DNA from: Lachnospiraceae bacterium
Lineage (GTDB): Bacteria; Bacillota; Clostridia; Lachnospirales; Lachnospiraceae
Reading direction: 5' to 3'
Assembly (NCBI GenBank): GCA_045599965.1
Contig: JAZRXA010000036.1
Coordinates: 1-24,000, forward strand
DNA: 24,000 nt
A program made the position numbers and the translations under genes. Positions 15,024 to 24,000 of this stretch are shown in pieces. Numbering within the stretch: the first letter of the stretch is position 1; every line of letters starts with the position of its first letter. The notes beneath the pieces are model-generated. The model had not been told where the DNA came from, searched no databases, and was given only the letters and a program-made list of their open reading frames with translations.

Positions 15024-16097
15024 ATGGAAATTAGAATTGAAAAGAACCCTAATCCGGCTCAAAAACCTACAGATGAAAGCAAACTTGGTTTTGGCAAAAT
15101 ATTTACAGACCACATGTTTGTTATGGATTGGTACAAAGGAAAAGGTTGGGAAGATGCTAGAATCATTCCTTTTGGAAACCTTAGCGTGCATCCAGCATCA
15201 ACAGTTTTTCATTATGCCGTTGAAATTTTTGAAGGCCTAAAGGCTTATCGTGCAGCAAATGGAAGTATCCGTTTGTTCCGTCCAATTGAAAATGCAAGAC
15301 GTATGAACAACTCTGCAATCCGTATGGCAATGCCTACGATTCCAGAAGAAGATATTGTTCAGGCAATCGAAACCTTAGTAACCATCGACAAAGACTGGGT
15401 TCCTCATGAAGATGGAACAAGCCTTTACATTCGTCCATTTATGATTGGTGATGATGAGCACCTTGGCGTACATGGTATTTCTCACGCTCGTTTCATGATT
15501 ATTCTTAGCCCATCTGGAGCTTACTACCCAGAAGGAATGGCTCCTGTAAAGATTATGATTGAAGACGAAGACGTTCGTGCCGTACGTGGTGGTACAGGCT
15601 TCACAAAATGCGGTGGAAACTATGCAGCATCTCTTCGTGCCGGAGACCGTGCAGAAGAAAAAGGCTTCACACAGGTTCTGTGGCTGGATGGCGTAGAAAG
15701 AAAATATATCGAAGAAGTTGGAGCTATGAACATCATGTTCAAGATTAACGGAAAAGTAGTTACTCCGGAACTGAATGGTTCTATACTTCCTGGAATTACC
15801 CGTAAGAGTATCTTAGAACTTCTTCGTAATAATGGCGCAGACGTAGAGGAAAGAAAAATCAGTATTGATGAAGTTATTGAAGCTGCAGAAAACGGAGGCT
15901 TGGAAGAAGTTTGGGGCTGTGGAACCGCAGCAGTTGTTTCTCCAGTAGGCTGGCTTGCTTTTGAAGATAAGATGTTCTGCATCAACAACGGAGAAATCGG
16001 CGAATTAACACAAAAACTTTATGACGAACTCACAGCAATTCAATGGGGCAAAAAAGAAGATCCATTCGGATGGACCTATACACTAGTTGAGGAATAA
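15024..16097 (+). CDS. ilvE: Branched-chain amino acid aminotransferase (fold type IV, long form)
   Basis: FGKIFTDHMF, YAVEIFEGLKAYR, LYIRPFMIG, the PLP-lysine context GGTGFTKCGGNYAASL and GITRKSILEL. GGAGGA SD (15012-15017). Confidence 0.9.
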   Translation: MEIRIEKNPNPAQKPTDESKLGFGKIFTDHMFVMDWYKGKGWEDARIIPFGNLSVHPASTVFHYAVEIFEGLKAYRAANGSIRLFRPIENARRMNNSAIRMAMPTIPEEDIVQAIETLVTIDKDWVPHEDGTSLYIRPFMIGDDEHLGVHGISHARFMIILSPSGAYYPEGMAPVKIMIEDEDVRAVRGGTGFTKCGGNYAASLRAGDRAEEKGFTQVLWLDGVERKYIEEVGAMNIMFKINGKVVTPELNGSILPGITRKSILELLRNNGADVEERKISIDEVIEAAENGGLEEVWGCGTAAVVSPVGWLAFEDKMFCINNGEIGELTQKLYDELTAIQWGKKEDPFGWTYTLVEE

Positions 16098-16100
16098 TTA

Positions 16101-19100
16101 ATGGCAAAAGAAATGATTACTGTTGATGGCAATACAGCCACAGCGGATATAGCATATGAATTTTCAGAAGTAGCGGCAATCTATCCAATTACGCCGTCTT
16201 CACCAATGGCTGGGTCCACAGACGCATGGAGCGCAAATGGCAGAAAGAATATGTTCGGCCAGCAGGTAAAATTGGTGGAAATGCAGTCAGAAGCTGGCGC
16301 AATCGGCGCAGTACATGGTGCCCTTCAGACCGGTGCTCTTGCAGTTACCTATACGTCTAGCCAGGGCCTTATGTTGATGATTCCTACTCTTTACCGTATC
16401 GTAGGGGAGAGGCTTCCTGCAGTTCTTCATGTAGCGGCAAGAACCGTAGGTACTCATGGTATGAGTATTTTTGGAGATCATAGTGATGTTATGGCATGCA
16501 GACAAACAGGAGCAGCTCTTCTTAGTTCCGGCAGCGTTCAGGAAGCAGCAGAAATTGCAGCCGTTGCCCATCTTTCTGCTCTTAAAGGAAGTACTCCGTT
16601 TATTCATTTCTTTGATGGATTCCGTACTTCTCATGAGCTTTGTAGAATCGAGGCTCCGGATAAAAAAGCTTTAGCAGCACTAATGGATAAAGAAGCTCTG
16701 AAACGTTTTCGTAGATATGCCCTGAACCCAGAGCATCCAATGCTTAGAAACACCGTTCAAAATGACGACGTATTCTTCCAAACCCGTGAAGCAGCAAACC
16801 ATTTCTATAATGACCTTCCTGGTATTGTTGAAAAATATCTTCATGAAGTAAATAAAATTTGCGGACGCAATTATGAACTGTTTAACTATTACGGAGACCC
16901 AGAAGCTACCGATGTAATCGTAGCAATGGGCAGCGTAAGTGGAACGGTATGCGAAGTAGTTGACTGGCTTCGCAGTCAGGGCCGTAAAGTTGGCTATGTT
17001 CAGGTTCATTTATATCGTCCGTTCTCTATAAAACATTTTCTTAAAGCTCTTCCTGAAACAGTACAGCGTATCGCGGTATTGGACCGTACAAAAGAGCCGG
17101 GAGCATCAGGAGAGCCTTTGTATCAGGACATTTGCACCTCCCTTATGGGAAGCGAACGAAAAATTTCTGTAATCGGAGGAAGATACGGACTTAGCTCAAA
17201 AGATACGGATCCTTCCCAGATTGCAGCTGTATTTAATAACCTTGCTAAGGAGAATCCAATTAAGGGATTCACCATCGGCATTAATGATGATGTAACCCAC
17301 TTAAGTTTAGAAAATGCAAAAATGGATGGCTTCAACCCAGGCAACATTAGGTTGGCTAAGTTCTGGGGACTTGGCGGCGATGGAACTGTTGGAGCAAACC
17401 ATAATACGGTTCAAATTCTTGGCGACTGCGCAAATATGTATTCACAGGCATATTTCCAGTATGATGCGAAGAAATCCTTCGGTGTTACCAAATCTCATTT
17501 GAAGTTTTCACCGGAGCCAATCCGCGGCTCTTACTATGTAAAATCTGCAGACTTTGTGGCATGCCACAATCAAAGTTTTATAAGCCAGTTTGATATCGTA
17601 GATGAAATTAAGCCAGGCGGAATTTTCTTGTTGAACTGTGATTTAAAAGATGAAGAACTCGAATCCATCATTCCTGGAAAAGCAAGAAGACTTCTTGCCC
17701 AGAATGATATCCATTTCTATACAATTAACGCTACCAAGATTGCAGATGAATTAGGTCTTGGAAGCCATACCAACACTGTACTTCAGGCAGCTTTCTTCGC
17801 CTTGACCAATCTGATTCCATTAGATGAAGCTTTAGGAGAAATGAAAAAAGCAGCCCAAACTACTTATGCAGCAAAAGGTGAAGAAGTAATTCAGAAAAAT
17901 ATTGACGCCATTGATGCAGGCGCCAACGCTCTTCATAAAGTAGAGATTCCAAAGTCCTGGTTCCAGGCAGAAGATGATCCTGCTCCAGATGAGTCCGCAC
18001 TTCCAGAAGTAGTAAGAAAAATTCTCTTTCCGGTTAACCGCCAAAAAGGTGATGACATTCCGGTAAGCACGTTTATTGGCCGCGAGGATGGTGTAATTGA
18101 ATTCGGTCTTACCGCGTTTGAAAAGAGAGGAATCGCAGTACATATTCCAAACTGGGATGCAGAAAAATGCCTTCAGTGCAACCTTTGCTCCTTTGTTTGT
18201 CCACATGCAGCGATTCGTCCATACCTCTTAAACGAAGAGGAAGTTCAAAATGCTCCAGAAGGATATTCGACAGTTCCTGCCAAAGGCGCAGACGGACTGC
18301 ACTTTACAGTTAAAATTTCCACCTATGACTGCACCGGTTGCGGAAGCTGTGTCAGCGTATGTCCAAAAGAGGGCGCTCTAAAAATGGAGCCGGCAAATCT
18401 TAAGGAGGAAGACAAAGTGGCTTGGGAATACGGCCTGAATCTTTCCGATAAAGGCGATGTATTCAATCTGTATTCTGTTAAGGGCAGCCAGTTTAAACAG
18501 CCTTTAGTAGAATTCTCAGCAGCATGTGCAGGCTGCGGCGAAACTCCATATGCAAAGCTATTAACTCAGCTGTTTGGCGATAGAATCTATTGGGCAAACG
18601 GTACCGGATGCTCCCAAGCATGGGGCGCACCAATGCCACAGATTCCTTACACCGTAAATAAAGATGGCAGAGGGCCTGCTTGGACCAACAGTTTATTTGA
18701 AAACAACGCAGAGCTGACTTTAGGTATGTACCTATCTGTATCTCAACAAAGAGATGCGCAAAAAGCTAGAATTAATCAGCTGATTGAAATGGCTCAAGGC
18801 GAACTTAAAGAAGCATGCATCAAGTTCATCGATGCTTTTGATAACTTTGAAGAATCTAGAAAAACTGCAGACGCAGTCATCAAACTTTTGGAAAACGAAG
18901 TCGACAAAGGAAATACGCTTATCGATGAAATCTATGATAATAAAGACTACATGTCAAAGAAGACTTTCTGGATGTATGGCGGCGATGGTTGGGCATACGA
19001 TATCGGATTTGGTGGCTTAGACCATGTAATTGCAACGGGACTGAATATTAACTGTTTCGTAATTGATACGGAAGTATATTCCAATACCGGCGGACAGAGT

Positions 19101-19595
19101 TCGAAAGCTACTCCTCTTGGCGCAGTTGCACAGTTTGCATCTGCAGGCAAGGGCACCGGCAAGAAAGACTTAGGCGCAATTATGATGAGTTATGGAAATG
19201 TGTATGTAGCTCAGGTAGCCATGGGTGCAAATCCAAACCAGTTGATTAAAGTCTTAAAAGAAGCTGAAGAATTTGATGGACCTTCTGTAATCGTTGCTTA
19301 CACTCCATGTACGGCTCATGGAATTAAATCTGGAATGTGCTCAGCACAGCAAGAGATGAAGAAAGCGGTTCAAAGTGGATATTTCAATCTATATCATTAT
19401 GATCCAAGATTAGAGCATCCAATGAAAGTGGATAGTGCACAGCCAACCCTTTCCTATCAGGACTTCTTAAGCGGAGAAGTTCGTTATGAGTCCTTGAAGA
19501 CAACCTTCCCAGAGAGAGCTAAAGAACTGTTTGGCGAAGCAGAAGAAGCAGCGAAACAAAAATATGAGAAATATAAGCAATTAGAATTGCAGTAA
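16101..19595 (+). CDS. nifJ: Pyruvate:ferredoxin (flavodoxin) oxidoreductase, single-polypeptide PFOR
   Basis: 1164 aa. AAIYPITPSSPMA, GLGGDGTVGANHN, ferredoxin domain CLQCNLCSFVCPHAAIRP / CTGCGSCVSVCP, and TPP domain GGDGWAYDIGFGGLDH...DTEVYSNTGGQ. The start is 3 nt after the ilvE stop, with the SD inside ilvE. Confidence 0.92.
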   Translation: MAKEMITVDGNTATADIAYEFSEVAAIYPITPSSPMAGSTDAWSANGRKNMFGQQVKLVEMQSEAGAIGAVHGALQTGALAVTYTSSQGLMLMIPTLYRIVGERLPAVLHVAARTVGTHGMSIFGDHSDVMACRQTGAALLSSGSVQEAAEIAAVAHLSALKGSTPFIHFFDGFRTSHELCRIEAPDKKALAALMDKEALKRFRRYALNPEHPMLRNTVQNDDVFFQTREAANHFYNDLPGIVEKYLHEVNKICGRNYELFNYYGDPEATDVIVAMGSVSGTVCEVVDWLRSQGRKVGYVQVHLYRPFSIKHFLKALPETVQRIAVLDRTKEPGASGEPLYQDICTSLMGSERKISVIGGRYGLSSKDTDPSQIAAVFNNLAKENPIKGFTIGINDDVTHLSLENAKMDGFNPGNIRLAKFWGLGGDGTVGANHNTVQILGDCANMYSQAYFQYDAKKSFGVTKSHLKFSPEPIRGSYYVKSADFVACHNQSFISQFDIVDEIKPGGIFLLNCDLKDEELESIIPGKARRLLAQNDIHFYTINATKIADELGLGSHTNTVLQAAFFALTNLIPLDEALGEMKKAAQTTYAAKGEEVIQKNIDAIDAGANALHKVEIPKSWFQAEDDPAPDESALPEVVRKILFPVNRQKGDDIPVSTFIGREDGVIEFGLTAFEKRGIAVHIPNWDAEKCLQCNLCSFVCPHAAIRPYLLNEEEVQNAPEGYSTVPAKGADGLHFTVKISTYDCTGCGSCVSVCPKEGALKMEPANLKEEDKVAWEYGLNLSDKGDVFNLYSVKGSQFKQPLVEFSAACAGCGETPYAKLLTQLFGDRIYWANGTGCSQAWGAPMPQIPYTVNKDGRGPAWTNSLFENNAELTLGMYLSVSQQRDAQKARINQLIEMAQGELKEACIKFIDAFDNFEESRKTADAVIKLLENEVDKGNTLIDEIYDNKDYMSKKTFWMYGGDGWAYDIGFGGLDHVIATGLNINCFVIDTEVYSNTGGQSSKATPLGAVAQFASAGKGTGKKDLGAIMMSYGNVYVAQVAMGANPNQLIKVLKEAEEFDGPSVIVAYTPCTAHGIKSGMCSAQQEMKKAVQSGYFNLYHYDPRLEHPMKVDSAQPTLSYQDFLSGEVRYESLKTTFPERAKELFGEAEEAAKQKYEKYKQLELQ

Positions 19596-19624
19596 AGAAA
19601 ACGTAAAAAAATAAGTGATGCAAG

Positions 19625-19662
19625 AAAAAAACCCTGAAGAGAAAAATCTTTTCAGGGTTTTT
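19625..19662 (+). terminator. Rho-independent terminator ending the 10-gene operon
   Basis: Stem CCCTGAAGAG (19632-19641) / CTTTTCAGGG (19648-19657) with 9 of 10 positions paired. An A-run precedes it and TTTTT (19658-19662) follows. Confidence 0.8.
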
Positions 19663-19709
19663 GTATAAATAGTTTATGATATATGATATTTCCTTTTAAG
19701 GGGATTGTA

Positions 19710-19738
19710 TTGATAAAAATACACAAAAATGGTAAAAT
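19710..19738 (+). promoter_or_regulatory. Sigma-A type promoter of the V-type ATPase operon
   Basis: TTGATA (19710-19715), 17-nt spacer, TAAAAT (19733-19738), with an extended -10 TG at 19730-19731. Confidence 0.5.
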
Positions 19739-19824
19739 ATGATACATGATGGGGGCAATTGTACTTTTTTTAAAAAGAGCCCAAAGACAGAAAAAAATTA
19801 GCATGAAATATTATGGAGGTGCGT

Positions 19825-20133
19825 ATGGCACAAGAAGTAATTAAAAATATAAAAGAAGCAGAGCTTAAGGCGAAAGAGACACTTGCTAATGCTGAAAAAG
19901 AAAAACAAGAAATTCTAGACAAAGCAGCCGAAGATGCAAAAACTTTGAAAAAAGATATTTTAGACAAAGCTAAAAAGCAGGCTCAAAAAAAGCTCGACAA
20001 AATTGAGGCTACTAGCGAAGCGGCTATGGAAGAGGCTCAAAAGAATGCCGAAGCAGTTATCAAGCAGTTCGAGAAAAACGCTAAAGCGAAAAAAGAAAAA
20101 GCTATCAAAGCTGTAATCGAAACAATCGCTTAA
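19825..20133 (+). CDS. V-type ATPase small peripheral-stalk subunit (G-like; positional equivalent of Enterococcus hirae NtpF)
   Basis: 102-aa Lys/Glu/Ala-rich coiled-coil protein (AQEVIKNIKEAELKAKETLANAEKEKQEILDKA...) immediately upstream of subunit I. I placed the start at the ATG at 19825, 4 nt after GGAGGT (19815-19820). The tracked ATG at 19813 overlaps the SD. Confidence 0.65.
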   Translation: MAQEVIKNIKEAELKAKETLANAEKEKQEILDKAAEDAKTLKKDILDKAKKQAQKKLDKIEATSEAAMEEAQKNAEAVIKQFEKNAKAKKEKAIKAVIETIA

Positions 20134-20168
20134 CTAGAATCACTTTCGTATATTAAGGAGGCTTAAAA

Positions 20169-22672
<2,504 letters not shown>

Positions 22673-22689
22673 TTAAGGAGCTTTAAGGA

Positions 22690-23265
22690 ATGAGTGGACT
22701 TGATAAAATCTTAAAACAAATCAATAAAGATGCCACTGATAGCGCGAAAAGATTGGTTAAAGACGCTAAGAAAAAAGCTGAGGGTATTATAAGTGTGGAA
22801 CAAGAAGAAGCACAAAGACTCGAAGCCAATATAAAAAAGCAAGCGGAGCATGACCAGATTGCAGCTAAAAAGCGTATCCAATCAACAGCAGAGCTAAAAG
22901 AAAAGAGAATGGTTCTAGAAGCTAAGCAAAAAGAAATTGATAGCGTGCTTAAAGGAACTATCGATTATCTTGAGAAGATGGATGATAAAGAATATTTTGA
23001 AATCATCTCTTCTATGCTTAAACGCTATGCAAATGACCAAAAAGGCATCGTTAAATTTAATGCCAAAGATATGAAGAGACTTCCAAAAGAGATTAAAAAA
23101 GAAGCCCAAAAACTCGGTTTGGAACTCTCTAAAGAACCAGCAAATATCGGCGGCGGATTTATTTTAGTATATGGTGACATCGAAGAAAATTGCAGCTTCG
23201 ATGCATTAATCAGTGCTTCACATGAAGAACTGCAAGACAAAATCGGACAGATACTGTTCAGCTAA
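22690..23265 (+). CDS. ntpE: V-type ATPase subunit E (peripheral stalk)
   Basis: 191 aa. A charged N-terminal coiled coil (LDKILKQINKDATDSAKRLVKDAKKKAE...) is followed by a C-terminal globular part GGFILVYGDIEENCSFDALI. Its position follows K, as in ntpFIKEC. Confidence 0.8.
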   Translation: MSGLDKILKQINKDATDSAKRLVKDAKKKAEGIISVEQEEAQRLEANIKKQAEHDQIAAKKRIQSTAELKEKRMVLEAKQKEIDSVLKGTIDYLEKMDDKEYFEIISSMLKRYANDQKGIVKFNAKDMKRLPKEIKKEAQKLGLELSKEPANIGGGFILVYGDIEENCSFDALISASHEELQDKIGQILFS

Positions 23266-23287
23266 AAAATAGAAAGGAGCGGAAAAA

Positions 23288-24000
23288 ATGGCAGATGAGT
23301 TGTTAAACGATAAATTATTAGATGACGAATTGTTACCTGATGATTTGTTTACATCCCAAGTCGCACAAATCCGTGCCAAAGAAAATACGCTGCTCAGTGA
23401 TCAGGCGCTAAATAACCTTCAAAATCAAGAAAGTTATTCAGATTGCATCCAGTTTCTTTTAGATAAAGGCTGGGGTCCAACACCTAAGAATTCACCTGAG
23501 GAGTTACTAACACTTGAGCGTGAAAGAATGTGGGAAGAAGTTAGAAAACTTTGTGGAGATAAGGCTTTAGAGCAATTTAATATCTTCAGATTTCCTACAG
23601 ACTACCATAACTTAAAAGTTGCTCTTAAGGAATCTTACATACAAAAGCAAGTTCCAAATGTGTATAAGGACGCAGGCACAATCGAAATTGAAACAATAAG
23701 ACGTTGTGCTACAGATAATGACTTTGCAGCGCTTCCAATAGCTATGATGAGAGCGGCTATAGAAGCTAGAGAAGTACTTTTCCATACAGGAGATTCTCAG
23801 CTTTGCGATGTAATAATTGATAAAGCTGCGCTTAGTGCGATGCATGAAGCGGGGAAAGCATCAGATAACAAGTTGCTTAAAGATTACGCTGAATTTAAGT
23901 GCGCTGCAGCAAATATAAATATTGCAATAAGAGCTTGTAAGGCTAATAAAGATACAGATTTTCTAAACAGAGCTTTTGTTCCATGCGATAGCATAAGCAT
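23288..24000 (+). CDS. ntpC: V-type ATPase subunit C (d-type), N-terminal ~237 codons; continues past the window end
   Basis: Absent from the ORF track because it has no stop in the window. My translation from the ATG at 23288 (AGGAGC SD upstream) stays open to 24000: MADELLNDKLLDDELLPDDLFTSQVAQIRAKENTLLSDQ...FRFPTDYHNLKVALKESY...ANINIAIRACK. The DYHNLK motif and the gene order fit NtpC. Confidence 0.7.
   Translation, partial: MADELLNDKLLDDELLPDDLFTSQVAQIRAKENTLLSDQALNNLQNQESYSDCIQFLLDKGWGPTPKNSPEELLTLERERMWEEVRKLCGDKALEQFNIFRFPTDYHNLKVALKESYIQKQVPNVYKDAGTIEIETIRRCATDNDFAALPIAMMRAAIEAREVLFHTGDSQLCDVIIDKAALSAMHEAGKASDNKLLKDYAEFKCAAANINIAIRACKANKDTDFLNRAFVPCDSIS

Overview
The window looks like a low-GC Firmicutes/Clostridia-type chromosome: GGAGG Shine-Dalgarno sites, a PFOR, a V-type ATPase, and Bacillus-like tsaC-ywlE-rpiB synteny. 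LEFT FLANK (1-2.8 kb): a partial Lgt-family membrane protein on the minus strand. It is followed on the plus strand by tsaC, a YwlE-like LMW phosphatase lacking its catalytic residues, rpiB and dCMP deaminase. A bidirectional terminator closes this flank. CENTRE (2.8-19.7 kb): a roughly 17-kb metabolic block that appears compositionally distinct, about 46% versus 36% GC from a few hand-counted lines. It consists of two divergent transcription units that share a 318-bp control region. (i) The minus strand carries two tandem paralogous triple fusions: XRE-HTH + cupin + MACS/ACSM-type AMP-forming acyl-CoA synthetase. (ii) The plus strand carries a translationally coupled 10-gene operon. Its genes are an orphan P-loop NTPase and a four-subunit 2-oxoacid:ferredoxin oxidoreductase (delta-alpha-beta-gamma). 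Next comes an isopropylmalate-synthase-like protein that has lost every catalytic and metal-binding residue I can place but keeps the LeuA regulatory domain. The operon ends with a xylose-isomerase-like TIM barrel fused to a third acyl-CoA ligase, ilvE, and a 1164-aa PFOR. My best reading, which is inference, is a regulated module that activates short or branched-chain carboxylic acids to acyl-CoAs. These would be reductively carboxylated with reduced ferredoxin and transaminated to branched-chain amino acids, with enzyme-derived sensor domains controlling the pathway. The reverse (oxidative) direction and a 2-oxoglutarate specificity remain open. RIGHT FLANK (19.7-24 kb): the start of a V-type ATPase operon (small stalk subunit, I, K, E, partial C) whose K subunit carries a Na+-site signature. 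I saw no rRNA, tRNA, CRISPR array, transposase or integrase.
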